Numbered from the stretch's first letter, positions 36,201 through 51,200 are shown. The stretch: 64,000 nucleotides of DNA from Veleropilina oligotropha (GCA_048128005.1 JBEUKZ010000138.1:62001-126000), one strand, 5' to 3'. Made by a program: numbers and translations. The notes: a model not told the origin generated them from the letters alone.

Positions 36201-39200
36201 TTGCGACAGCGATGAAACACGTCGCAGTAACCACGGAAATTGTCACAAGGCGAACCTGAATGAAATTATCTCGGTAAATACATATAAGGCATAAAATCCT
36301 AATGACAATCTCTACTCATTAATGACAATCTCTACTCATTAATGACAATCTCTACTCATTAATGACAATCTCTGCTCATTAATGACAATCTCTACTCATT
36401 TATGACAATCTCTACTCATAACTGCAGACTAATGCTACGTTAAGACTTGGATTCCAGTATAGACGCCATCACGGATAATATTATATATTAGGTATTATCG
36501 CGAGTTGGTTGTTCAGACTAACGCTATTTATCGCGGGTTCTTTGCGGAATAATTGATTCCACACTGGTGGTATTCATTCCGTTTCAATACTGATATGTAT
36601 ATCGAGTCACGTGGGTGATCTCGGGATCATCGTGGAAATATACCTGCTCTGAAGCAGGATTTCGTCCCGGTGCAATAACGGTATATTTTCTAGTGGGAAC
36701 ACCTTTCCAGGATCGCAGTATTGTACTGGGATATTTTCCGACTGTGAACAAGGCATACATATCTTTTACATGACAGGACATGAGGGCAAAGACTCAAGTG
36801 ATCAATTTTTAGAACGTTCCTGTGAGAGGTTATAGATAAAAATCGAAAACATTCATATTACAGCTGTCTTGACTCAACCATTGCTCGTTTTAAATACTTT
36901 CGGACACTGTGAAATACAAGGGACGATTCCTGCATTGCAAAGTTGCAGGTAAATTTTCAACATGCTGGATGGATAAATGTGGATATTCAAATATTCTAGA
37001 ATAGATTCATGAAGTTCAGCTGCGGGATACTCTATTTCAGCAAGTATTTTCAAATTCAGTACATGACACACACAAAGCAGATGCTATTTCATAATCGATA
37101 ATTCAAGATTGTAATCGCCTCGCTGATGAAACTCTTCTTTCTGATAACCTTTTATAAGTAGAAAAAAAGTTATAAGACAGTTTTGAAGATATTCACATTT
37201 CAAGTTAAAAGTTAACGCCAAAGTGGTATCGATAAAGCTCCGCTGACTATGTCACAGCGGAGCTGAAAACCTGAAAGTTATAATTTTAAGATATTTCCAG
37301 GTTCAGTGTTTAAAGCTTTTGTTAAAAGTAGTAAGAAATTTACGGTGATGGATTGATGCTTAATGTCCTGTATATTTACAACCATGAGGTTCAAGGCAGG
37401 ACATGTCCATATAATGGCGGGAAGAAAGCACGGTCGCCCGGGGAACACTCGCCCTCTCCGGCCAGTTACGGATAACTGTGATTGATAACTGAATAAATAA
37501 TGATAATTCCCCAACCGAGACTCGAACCCACTACTGTTAGTTAGCGCAATGGAACCCATGACTTAAAAGTCGGCACTCGAAACTACATGACTAACGGAGC
37601 GGCCCTGAAAAAGCTGTGTAGTAGTCATGAATAGACAAACATACATACACGCCAAACCAATAGCAATACACCTCACATGCTCAAACATGGGTGAGGGTTA
37701 CTATTGCCGTGCAAGGTACCCACCGGCAGGCAACTGTATCGGTAAGTTGTTGCTGATTTCGGTTAACATCTTGGTGAAATCAGGACTGGCATCAACCATA
37801 TCCTTATCCTTGGAACTGATGCACACGCCTCCCTGAACGTTAGGGTTCACTGAAAACAAATAGAAGCCAATGCAATGGTACGTACTAAACTCATATATTG
37901 TCATTGATGGATTTATCATAAAAGACGGTGCAATGTTTAAAGGATTTGCGAACAGATAATAGGTTTGCGCCATGATTTAGATTATCTAGTATACAGCTGT
38001 CATACAAAGGATTTCTGGCTGACATTTCCGCAATCTTTCGAGAACTATTTAGCATATCATCAACGCTGCAAGTTAAATGCATATGGGTGTATCCCCTCCC
38101 ACAGCAGCGAACATGAAATCGAAAACGATGACTCTCGTTAGTCGCCGTTTTCTCAACATTACTAATGTGCATATCAAATATTGATAAAATCGGATTCGAA
38201 ATGTTCACTGTAGAGCATGCACAAGAAATCTCTTCATACAAAATGGCCGCCACGACGACCATCTTGAATCCGAAAATAGCGAAAATCGTTAGGCCAACAT
38301 GCCTGATTGTGCACATCAAATTTTGAATAAAATCAGGTGACTGTTCACTGTCGAGTGCACACAAGAAATCACTTCAAACAAAATGGCCATCGATGACTAA
38401 ACCATACTATCTCAGACTATTGTTCGGGGATACAATTAGGGACAACAGACGAGGGAGGCATCATATAACTTTAGAGTCAATGTTCCTGATGCGTAATAAA
38501 GTGTTGCACAATGGGCTGCTACTGTAATGAATGTCACCAAAGACCACTCTCGCTATATGTAAAATCAATGACCTAGCTAAGAATAACAAGGCAGCCATGT
38601 GATTCCGAAACCGATGAAAATCGTTAGGCGGTATGTCCTCATCATAACAAACGCGCATATCAAATTGGATTAAAAATTTTCACTGCACAAGAAATCTCTC
38701 CAAACAAAATGGCCGTCGATCCGAAAACGGCAAAAATCGTTAGGTGGTATGTCGTCATCAGAACTAGCATACCAAATTTGAATCAAATAGGAAATAAGAA
38801 ATCTCTGCGGCGGCGGACGCGACCGAGCGATGACTAAACCATACTATCTTTGACTATTGTCCGGGGATACAATTATGCAAATGGTGGCCGCTCATTGAGT
38901 TACCAACAGCCAAGTCATGTCGAGCCAATTCAGACAGACGTGCACACTTTACACCGCATATATTTTACTGGCATATCATGGATGTAGCTAGGAATTTGAA
39001 AGGTGAGGTCGAAAAAGACTATGATTATACAATAAACGGTCCGCGAGGGACAGAGGAAAATTTGACAATTAATTGTTTGAAATCTCTTCTCTTTGCAAAT
39101 TCGATGTACTAGTATTTTACTAACATTTATGAACCATTTCACTACTTTTATGAGTAAAAGGGCACATTTGAAATATATGAAATATGTTTATGAAAAAATA

Positions 39201-42200
39201 TTGTCTTTGTCAAAAGGGGGGGAGGGGGGTCATTCGCACCCCAGACCCCCGACTATATATGCCCATGCATAAGACATAAGGCCAAATGTAGTCTACAGTA
39301 TGATTATTTATTCACAAATCCTTCAATACCTAAGTGAAACATCGTCGGGAATATTTATTGCCAGGTAAATATACAAGCACGCACATCTCATTTTTAGTAC
39401 TGGTACCTGACATTAATGTGTTTTCTATCTGAAACTAATTATCGAGTACTAGTAATCAATTCAACTGGCTAAGAACAGAAATTTCCCAGACACTCTACAT
39501 AGCGTGGTACTTACTACAAGATACATAACAGAGGGTTTCCCTGTTAAAATTTTTATCATTTACTGGTGCTACGAGGAAGCATTCATCCCATGCTGGGCCC
39601 ATTTTCTTGCAGATAGTCCTTGTGCATTCCTAAAATATATCACTATTAAGAGTTAGGTAATGAATGCATGTGTAAACGAGCACACATATATGCAATCCTG
39701 TTATACAAGAGTTATCTCTCTTCACTCTAAATTTGAGTTATCTCCCTTTATTTCATATTGTCTTCGAGGCCGCTCCGACAGTCGTCCGGCTTCGGTTGCA
39801 GACTCTGGAAATCACTGGCTTGATTTCACTGATGCGAACATTAGTGGGTTCGTAACTCACTAGGGACATGACATTATTTGTTCATGTTATGAATCACAGT
39901 TGTCCGCAACTGGTCATAGAGGGAGGGTTTCTCACGGAGATCAGGCCTTCCTCTCGCGATAATAATATGTCCTGCTTTGAACCTAATGGTTAGAAATATA
40001 CAGGACCATAAACGTCGATCATTTCTTTTTCATTTCATTTCATATTGTCTTCGCAGTAGCAACAGAAATGTTGAATATTCACTGACTGTGCATCTGCAAC
40101 ACTATACATGCTAAATTACAGGAAGGATATCTTTTGCAGTAATTTCAGTTGTGATATTTGATTAATTTACGTTGGTGATTATTATAAAATTTTAACATCT
40201 ATATGGAGACATTGAGACATCTCCGTATTGTCATGGGAGGAACGCCAGCATAATAAGGCAAAATCCATCACGGACAACTGTGACTGTTAAATTCAAAAGT
40301 CTCTGAGTTATTTGGGAGCAACGCTCTTATCCACTTTGCCTCAAAACAAGTTTAAACAAATTATATATAATTATAGCGCTGCAACATCACATAAATATGT
40401 CATATTACTCTCTGACACTCTGTTGCTTCTGTCATACAAATGTTCATCAGTTCTGATATCAATGTTTATAGATATTTAATTACCTACATGTTTCCAATCA
40501 ATCAGGATGGAATTTGTCATGGTCTTTTAAAACTACAAAGTTAACATGGTCTTTTTAAGACTAATAAATATTCTTAGGATATTAATTTCAAATTTGAAAC
40601 GATATCAGCCATCCTTTGTTTGTCAGAGAAAAATGGTTGTCCTTGTCAATACTCCATGACAAGAAACCACCATATTTTGGACATGCTCATTTACTGCAAA
40701 ACTTTTCCTGATAATGTAATAATATTAAAACACAGCCACCATGTTTTTATTTGTTTAAACGCTTCATTCTTTTTAGGGAATGGAGCGCTATTTTGAATAG
40801 CTCTCCATTATTCCGCGAACAAAAGAGCGTGAAAATAGACATCGCGCTATAAATCCAGAATGTTTAATTCCAAACTGAAATGGCATCTCTGTTACACATT
40901 TATTACCATAACGCACATTTTGCATAATATATCCATTGTATTGTCGTAATCACTTTAAAACTGAGGTTCAAATAAAATGCCATGAAGTATATCCAGATTG
41001 ATTAATATCCAACTGAAATTAAATATTTGTTAAATTCCGATAATGCACACTTTGCAAATTTCCATCACACTGTCGGTATTAACTTACAGCACACATTAAA
41101 AATTCAGCGTGGCACTTTTATAATCCTGCTGCATGGAGTTAAAATGAGATTTCATGTTCAGTGAATTTTCTCATCTGAACGCCATGTCTGCTTTACAACT
41201 GAATTAAATTGTGCCATATTATGTCCATGTGGTCACGGAGAACTGGAACTACTCGTGGAAATCATTTAAACCGGGTCACATTGGACATTGAACATTATTT
41301 AGAACACTGACACAAGCATGCGCTTGATTAATACAACAACAGGCTATGATGAGTATCAAAACAACATTGAGTGTAAATCACAGAAGGAGGTGAATAGAAG
41401 TTCTCTACAAACCAGAGTTTATTATTTAAATTAAAATAAAAGAACATACACTTAATAACGGAGAGTTCAGAAAATGAATTATCCTAGCAAGTAAATGTCA
41501 ATACTGTGTCAGTGTTTTAAGTCAGAGAAAAGCCTCGTAACTCTCTATTCCTGAAAAAGAATGAACCTCGACCCCTTCGGGCCTCTGCTACATTCTTTTT
41601 CAGGAATGGAGAGTTACTCGACCTTTCTCCTTAACATAGTATCTTACCCCATTTTGACATAATTGTGAGTTCTCGTTGCATGCTGTGTCGTTACTCTGCG
41701 GCTCAGGAGGAGGACAGATGGCACTGTTGCCAGTAAACAAGTGTCAAGGAAAACGATGAATGGCATTGTCATATATTTCCCTGAACAAGACAAGAATCAT
41801 ACCTAGCCTTACTAATTATTTCTATGTCTTAAGCCGAGAGCATTCATCTACCAATTATTTCTACGTCTTAAGCCGAGAGCACTCATCTACCAATTATTTC
41901 TATGTCTTAAGCCGAGAGCACTCATCTACCAATTATTTCTATGTCTTAAGCCGAGAGCACTCATCTACCAATTATTTCTATGTCATTAGCCGAGAGCACT
42001 CATCTACCAATTATTTCTATGTCTTAAGCCGAGAGCACCCATCTACCAATTATTTCTATGTCTTAAGCCGAGAGCACTCATCTACCAATTATTTCTATGT
42101 CTTAAGCCGAGAGCACTCATCTACCAATTATTTCTATGTCTTAAGCCGAGAGCACTCATCTACCAATTATTTCTATGTCTTAAGCCGAGAGCACTCATCT

Positions 42201-45200
42201 ACCAATTATTTCTATGTCTTAAGCCGAGAGCACTCATCTACCAATTATTTCTATGTCTTAAGCCGAGAGCACTCATCTACCAATTATTTCTGTCTTAAGC
42301 CGAGAGCACTCATCTACCAATTATTTCTATGTCATAAGCCGAGAGCATTCATCTACCAATTTTTCCAACCGGATGAGCAATCGGCTTTAAAAATCAGTAG
42401 CATCGATAGATGAGCGCATCCCGCAGGCCCGATTTCTCTTTTCCGGCTGATAAAAATCCTTGAGTGTCAAGGATTCGCCGGCTGGTTATTGAAATCTTTT
42501 CAAAAAAAATAGTGCGAGGCTTGAAACGTCATCCGATCTGCTCAAACTGGCCGATAAAATCGGTAGGTGAGCGTCCAAAGCCGACCGATGGTTAACCGTC
42601 GAAATTACCGACCGGATAATTAAAATCATCCCTTGACGAAAAGTCGGTAGATGAGCACCCAGCTGTAATTATAAGTTAGAAAGTTTAAATGATAAAAGTA
42701 ATAGCCTATAACGGTCAGTAACAATGGCAGAAAAGTGTACCTACTTCAAAAATGTTCTACTATAGAACAATTGAGAGAATCTTAGAATAACAATATCAGA
42801 GTGTTATTACACATAGAGTACAATATTAATGTGTATCATACTCATTCATATTTTATATTCTGTGAAGATAGCCTGGACTATGATGAAACCCACCCACATT
42901 AAACTGCGCCTGTTATGCAAAGCAGTGACTCAGAAATGTGAAATGTATTTGACCGAGAGATTAATCTATGCTGGTTATCATACCTGAAAGAATTGCGATG
43001 CTTCTATCATGCACAGTGATATTGAAGTAACATGTTCTCACACGCATAATTAACTATTGACAGCTTAGAGCCCATCTTGAAAGCGAAAATGACACAAATC
43101 ATCAAACATATATACCTAAATTTTGAAGCAAACTGGTGACGGGAGAGCAAAGTTTCACGCAAAATACTCTGCTGACATGATGATAGCAGCAAACCAGAGA
43201 CAAAAGCACAGTATCCAGCCTACTGTCGGATGATGCAATTAAAATGCTAAATGTTGTGATCATATCATATCTAGTGCTATATTATAAAGGATATCTGCAG
43301 TTGGATTGTTGAGAGCATTCCGTTTTCTTCTTGCACTCCAGTTGATCGACACTTGGTACAAAGTTGCAAGTCGTCCTGCAGCACTGTCCTTGCGAGGGGC
43401 TGAATGAAAAGAGGTACAGAATCATAAATGACATTATAATTCTCTCTTTTACAGATTTTCACATGTAATTATCTACGAGACCAGTCAGCATCATGTCTGT
43501 CTGACTGATGGATCTTACTGAAAAACTGAGGGGCTTAATTTTTCAATACCAGGAAACTGCAAATATGTTCTGGCCCACAACCTAGCTTCACAGTTCTCTC
43601 AATAGACGGCGGTCAGCAATTCCATGGTAGAAATTTATTATCATAGCTATTTCACTCTCACAGGGTCAGCAAGCTAAATTAATGTAGGAATTTCATGATT
43701 TGGCCATGATATTCCCTGACATCAATAACTACCTGACATCAATAACTAAGGGAGTAGTAAGCACAATAAAAAAAATCTACGGTCAATAGCCAAAATCGCG
43801 CATTCTGAGTATATCAGAATTACAAACCTTTATTTTGATTTTCCCTGATTATTTCCTGATTTTTAACATTATTCACAAATCCATTGAAGTCTGCCAACCA
43901 ATCAGATGTCGACATCTTGATGTGCTTTTAAAGCTTTCCAAATCAAAAATTAAACCACTACTCGCTCTCGCCTTTTATTGTCGCAGTCCGGCCTTTAAGA
44001 TATAACTAGACGCTCAGCCACGAGTGACCGCATATGTATCCCCCGGTATTGACCTATCTAGAGTGATCACAAGGAATTATGCTTTAAAATCCAAGATGGC
44101 GGCTACAGCGGCCATCTTGGAGGTCGGACCACACCCAAAATCTAAAGGTGTCGTGTCCCCACCCAAACCAATGCACATACCAATTTTGAAAACATTCCGT
44201 TTAGAAACTAGAGCAATCACAAGCAATTATGGTGGTCGTGGCGGCCATCTTGGAGGTCAGACCACACCCAAAATATATGTCGTTTTGTGCTTACTCGTAA
44301 TGATACTTGCAAAGATATAAAAAAAAGTATAAATTTTATTTTTAATTAAATTTTTTTTTATTAAAATTTTATCAATATATACATATGGCCACTTTGAATC
44401 GAATGCCGCATATTTCAGGTCTGTACACCACATGGTCTCGAGTTCTGGCCTTTTTAAGAAAAATGTGGTGGCCATTTTGTTCGTTTTTTTGAATTTTTGA
44501 ATTTTCAAATTTAAAATATCTAAGCTCTAGCATCAATATTAACTGAGTTGGCCATTTCTTGGCACACATGTCTTTTTCCTTAATTAGGTCATTTCCTGCA
44601 ATGTAGGTCAACTGATGTCAAAGGTCAAGGTCACATGTGAAAGATCAACCATGAATTCCCATAGTAACTATGTGTCCACGGTACAGCCTTTTTGATATAT
44701 TGCTACTTGAAGCAAATGCTTTAGTGGTCGCCGAGGCACTTCCTGCTTTCAAATTTTATCTGGCATAATTGGTAAATGTCGACTACATACGTCAATAGGA
44801 GTTCACATTATCCATTATAGGCACACATATATCCATTTTTCCTTAATTAGGTCATTTAGAGCAATGTAGCTAGGTCATCTGAGGTCTAAGGTCATGGTGG
44901 CATTTGAAAGCCCAACCATGACTTCCCATAGGCTCTCCATAGTGACCATGTGTCTACATCGAATCATTTTCAAGAAATAGCTATTTTCAAGACCATTAAA
45001 ATTAAAATCCAAAATGGCCGCCGGTGAAATTTAAAAATCAAAAATCCACTTTGATGACATTTTAGACAATTACCTCGGGTATCTGAATATATAAATCATG
45101 TCACGCTAGGTTAAGTATTAACAAATTTATAAAAGAAAATAGTTTTCTAATGAAATTCAAGATGGCCACCAAAATATTGGGGTCACGTGACCCAAAATAT

Positions 45201-48200
45201 ATAGGTATCGTGTCCTCGCCCCAACCAATGCACATATCAAATTTGAAAACATTCCGTTAAGAAATGGCTTGTCTAGAGCGATCACAAAGAATTATGCTTA
45301 AAATCCAAGATGGATGCCACAGCGGCCATCTTGGAGGTCGGACCACACCCAAATTCTATAGGTGGCGTGTCCTCGCCCCAACCAATGCACATACCAAATT
45401 TCAAAACATTTCGTTAAGAAATGGCCTGTCTAGAGTGATCACGAGAAATTATGCTTAAAAATCAAAGATGGCGGTCGTAGCGGCCATCTTGGATGTCGGA
45501 ACACACCCAAATTCTATAGGTGTCGCGTTCTCGCCCCAACCAATGCACATAACAAATTTGAAAACATTCCGTTAAGAAATGGCCTGTCTAGAGTGATCAC
45601 GAGGAATCTCTCGGCGGATGCGGACGAGGCGTAACGGACGCTAAATCATAGTATCCCGCGACACTTTCGTTTCAGGGGATACAATTAGCACAATATGCAC
45701 GAATCGTTTTATTAACCAACCTGCAGGCAACAGAGTCTTTTAGCTTGCATTCCTTGCCAGAGGGGTCTCCTTTGGGGTAGCAGCAATTGTCCACGCCTTG
45801 GCAGTCCTCCAAGAAGCCACAGTCGCATTCCTCTTTGTCCTCCACCAACGAGTTACCGCAGAATGCCTCGTCAGACGCTGAGGGAATGCATATATATATT
45901 AAATAAAGAGCTCATGTTGAGGAGATGCATAGTTATTAAATAAAGACTCCATCAGACACTGAGGAGATGCAATAATTGTTATTAAACTAGAAAAACTATG
46001 TTCCCCAGAAAACCCTGCAGTTACACACGACAAGGTGCTTGTGCAGAGATGCTTAAATGCGCGAGCTTCTCCAATTAGACAACAAAAACCAAGTGATATA
46101 ACAGATTTAAACTATTGCAAAAACATAAATTAATTTATAACAATATATGATTATAAATTATCATGAACACATTATTAGTGGTAGAAGTAGTTCACTGCAG
46201 TCTAACTAACAACATGGTTATTTAAATTCACGGTCCATAGAATGACGTCATAATAATGATAAACAATTTTTAAACCTTGGATCCTATCTTCATGTTTACT
46301 ATGAGTGCTATCCACCTGACAAAGTTTTATATTAATACTAACTAGAAAAAATATGTTCCCGGACCATGGAAGCTCTCGTTATGCATAATTTCCTTGAAAC
46401 AGATAATGAGTTTAAGCACAAAATTTTCCAATACTTAGTATAGGTTATACCGCGAGGTTTGGTTGTCTATAATCTGACAAGTGCTATCGATATAGCGGTA
46501 TCCCCCGCGATAAAAGCATTTTGTCAATATATGCAAGAAATCTGTCTGAATAAATACGAAGTAGACCCAATTCTGGGATAAACACTTCGGGTGATTGTGC
46601 AGTCAACAAGAATAAAATTAATCAATATAAGGTCTAATAGCAAGCTTAAAGCTTTCTACAGTTTTGGATGATACTGTGTTATCGTCCAGGTGGTTCCAGT
46701 CAATGACAGTTCTTCTAAAGAATGAATGAGTATATTGGCTAGTATTGGCCGGAGGAACAATATAGCACTGATTATTGTTAGTCGTTATCCTTCTTAGCAC
46801 ATTAACAGGGGTGTAGTCCTTAAATGCTGATGGTGGAGCACGTCTGCGCTGTTTACGTCGTAGAGTGAGAAATAGATTTAGTAAAATGTTTTGATGGTAT
46901 GGAGATTTTTGATTGAAATTGGGCTTTAATCCCTAGATCTATCAACCAGCATATACATGTATAAAATTTATCTTGAGCAGCACACATGCACTAATTGAAT
47001 AACTTTGTCCAAACTTGCAAATGTAACACATTATTTGTGTTAAATTAATCAAAATTTCTATGTCCAAATACACAAATTTAACACAGTTTTGTGTTAAAAT
47101 GAATGCAACATCACTTCCAGAGCAGCATGTAGCATCACAAAGTCAACCCATATGCACTCGCTGAAAAAAATTTAACCACAAACTTGAAATAAAATTTCAC
47201 AGAATATTTAAATTAAATTTTAATCAATATAACTGTAACAATAGCAGGTAACAACTACGAAGCATACACCAATGCATATGCTTGCAACAACATGTCTTCA
47301 TCAATCAATATGCGGTAATTGAATAACTTAAACCGAAAATGATTACTTAATTTCTATGTCAAAAACATTTTATTTTATTTTAAATTTTATTAAATATCAC
47401 TTCCAGAATAGCAGGTAGTGTCAATATGGCCAACAGCATGGTATACGCATTAAAAAAAGTGCTTTACTAAACCTATATGTAACTAGAAATGTGTCTCCCG
47501 ACACTGCAGATGCCCCCGGTATATGTTCAAGCCATTGATGCTTCATGACTATATCTGTTCTCTAACATTATAAAAGGAAAAGATGATGTCGCTTTTTTTA
47601 TCATTCTGCTGACCGCAAGTATAAAGTGCACAAAGCATTTGAACAAGTATCGCAAAATTTCCGAAGCCTTGTTAATTCAAGATGCGGTTTCTGCTTCATT
47701 TACTAAATTACTAAATTACATATACAGTACATATTTTCATTCCATATTCGAACTCATGATAGTTCATACTAATATATAATAGCATATGAAGTTTGAAGAA
47801 GGTGGCTATTGATTAACATCGAAAAAGTTAGATGAGTTTATTAATATATATAGTATGAGATCAGAAATGAAGCTTCAGAGACTATGTTCAAAAACGTAAA
47901 AAATGTAGTAAAAAATAAATATTTTCATTCAACATTCGAACTCATGATAGTTCACACTTATATATAATAGCATGTGAAGTTTCAAGAAGATGGCTATTGA
48001 TTAACATCAAAAAAGTTAGGTGAGTTTCTTCTAGCATGAGATCAGAAATGTACTTTCTGAGACTATGTTCAAAAACGTAAAAAATGTAGTAAAAAATAAA
48101 TATTTTCATTCAATATTCGAACTCATGATAGTTCATACTTATATCTAATAGCATATTAAGTTTGAGGAAGATCGCTCATGACCAAAATCGAAAAAGATAG

Positions 48201-51200
48201 GTGAGTTCAATCTGTTACGGACAGACGGACGGACCAAAAGCATAATGCCCCATCGCCGAATAAAGTCGAGGCGCAGGCATAATAATCGAAAAACTTGAAC
48301 CTAAAAATTTAACAATTTTTTTTATATAAAAAACATCAATTTCACAATTTATTTATATTAAATTTTGTTCAATTTCATGCATTATTTATATAAAATTATA
48401 ATGTAAATCATTGCCAGAGTATCAGGTCACATCCATATAACCATTACTAAAGCTTGTAAATGCTGAAATGGTCCTTGAGCAAACGATAAACACTCCAAGA
48501 AAAACTTTAACCGAAAAATATCTATGTTCAATGTGCTTTTTTTTCAAAAAAATAAAAATAAAATCTTTTCGTTTTTGGTTCCAACTAAAGGCTAAACATG
48601 TCTACTTTACATCTAAATAGGTTTGATTGAGTTATTCATCCATTAATTAAATGCATGTAATACCTCATCCAAAAACTTTAACTAAAAGTGTGACCCTTCG
48701 GCTTTTTCCTTCGGAAGCCGCAGGGGATAAGATAAAACCCCCGCAGTTATACCACATGGTGCTTGCACAAAGATGGTTAAATGCGCGAGCTTCTCCAATC
48801 AGACAACAAAAAACAAGTGATATAACAGATTTAAACTATTGATAAAATGTAAACTAATTTACAATATATGATTAAAATTTATAACAAGACAATGCCGAGA
48901 TTGCAAACCTTCGCCGCTCTCTCCGACCAGTTAGGTACAATTGTGATTGGTAACTGCGACTTCCTGCAGAGTCGCCACTCGAGACCAGACGGTCACTCGA
49001 ACGACTCTATTTAAATGGAACGAGGGAGTTCTGTAGGGTATCAATACGTATTACAAAAAATAAAAGATGAACTAAATTCTGATTCTCATGACAATTTTAA
49101 ACCAGATATGCACGTATACAGACAGACACTACGTTGGCGAAGGTAAAAAAACCCCACACAGCCACAAATGTTAATGGTTTGATCTAATGAATCGGTGGTT
49201 TCCTAACAGTTACCATTAATCTGTTACATTTTTTTCACTTTCTTTGATATCATTATCACAGACTGTCAGTGTCATTGTTTCAACACTTGGTATTTATTAT
49301 AATATCCTGTCCGATAATCATTGGCTCCTACTAGTAATCGTACATCGCAATAGACAGAAAGCCCAGGCCTCTGATCATGAGCTCAATGGAATGAGTTACC
49401 AATATATGCATACATGGGAGCAACACACCTCGCAAAACAATATATAAATATAATATGTGCGTTAATTGAGTGTCTGCTTGTTATTCAGCAATGACAAGAA
49501 GATGACGAAATATTATAGTTTATATATCTATATGCATCAAAATATGGAATCAAACCCACAAAAATTAAGTGTTTCAACACATTATGAGCGTTCAAGGTAA
49601 ATAAATATCTGATTCTATATATTTATGAAACCAACACTGTTACATGCAAAACTAAATATATGTCTCGACACATTTATTGTGAGAATAATGCGATATGATA
49701 CCACATGCAAGCCCGACTAGAGAGAGGTCAGAGAAAACGAATCTGAGGTCAGCACAAATGACCTTTACTTGTCAATTCTGAGAGCGGTGTGAATTCTGAG
49801 AGCGGTGTGAACACATTGTATTTTGATACATATTAGCGACAGAGAAATAGATTTTTAAGTCTTAAAATTACGGAATTGCGTAATCCGCTATCCGATTCGG
49901 ATGAACTTTGAGGAGGACCGAGCGTAGGGTGGGACCTATCTCATGTGCAAAAACTGAGTTGATCGGAGCAATGGTTGTCGAGATATGCTTGCGGACAGAC
50001 AGACAGACAAACCGACATGATTGCAATACCTTATCCCACCACTACGTGGGCGAATGTAATCGACTAATAAACTCATTATTAGTGTTAGAAGTAGTTCCCT
50101 GCAGTCTAACAATAAGGTTATTTTAATTCACGGTCAATAGCATTGCAGTGATAAACAATTTATAAACTTTGGATCCTATCTTCATGCTTACTACGAGTGT
50201 TATCCACCTGAAAAAGTTTTATGTTAATACTAACTAGTGGGAACAGATAAAATCAATATAGGTTGGCAATATCAAAACATATGTATGCAAAAAGTGTCTT
50301 GAGAACGCACTAATTTAAAATATTTTAATGGTACTGTCCAAAACCACCAATTTCATACGTTATTTAAATTAAATCAAAAATCACTGATAAGTGACATCAT
50401 TATAGCCAAAGCATATGTTTGCACAATATTGCGCAAGCCTGAGCTACCCACATGACCTCATTTAAAACTTTAACCAAGTATTTTAACTTATTTACAAATT
50501 ATTGCCGAGTAGAGTAGCAAGCAGCATCAATATATCCACTACCAAAGTATGTGTATGCAAAGGGTCTTGATCACCCATATGAAAATATTTTAACAAAAAA
50601 CTTGAACCAAATTTCTATTTCCCAAAACACCAATTTTTTTCACTATCGCTATTCATTAAACAATACCAAAGCACATAAATATATTCCAACAAGAGCCCGT
50701 TAGAAAACGGATTCATCCCCCCAAATTCGCCATACATGTATACGCTTAATGAAACAATTTAACTGAAAATTCTAATCAGAATGTCTATGTTCAAAAACAC
50801 CAATTTATTTGCATAAATTAATTTAAATTTTATTCAATATCACTGTCAGAGTATCAGGTAACATCCATATAATCAATATCAAATCATGTATGTGCCAAAA
50901 AGTCCCTTGAGCAAGCCATATACACTCAATGACAAACTTTAACCGGAAATTTTACCAGAATTTCTATGTTAAAAACAACCAATTTATTTGCAATAATTAA
51001 ATTAAATTTTATTCAATATCATTACCAGGGTACCAGGTAATATCCATATAATCAATACCAAAGCATATATATGCCAAAAAGTCTGTTAAGCAAGCCATAT
51101 ACGCTCAATGAAAAACTTTAACCTAAACTGCGGACGTACATACGTACGTACAGACAGAGTGAAAGCAATATGCCCCTCAGGACTATCGTCCCGGGGCATA

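Larger units (their letters stand above)
41733..43294 (-). other. U12-type (minor spliceosome) AT-AC intron of ADAM10
   Basis: 5' site ATATCCTTT (43294-43286), branch TTTTCCTTGAC (41753-41743), terminal AC; splicing restores frame and Cys pattern. Confidence 0.92.

Noticed and set aside
41760..42413. 217-aa repetitive ORF ([13 protein letters not shown])n
   Set aside because: By-product of a 39-bp (13-codon) minisatellite lacking stops in one frame; intronic and antisense to ADAM10
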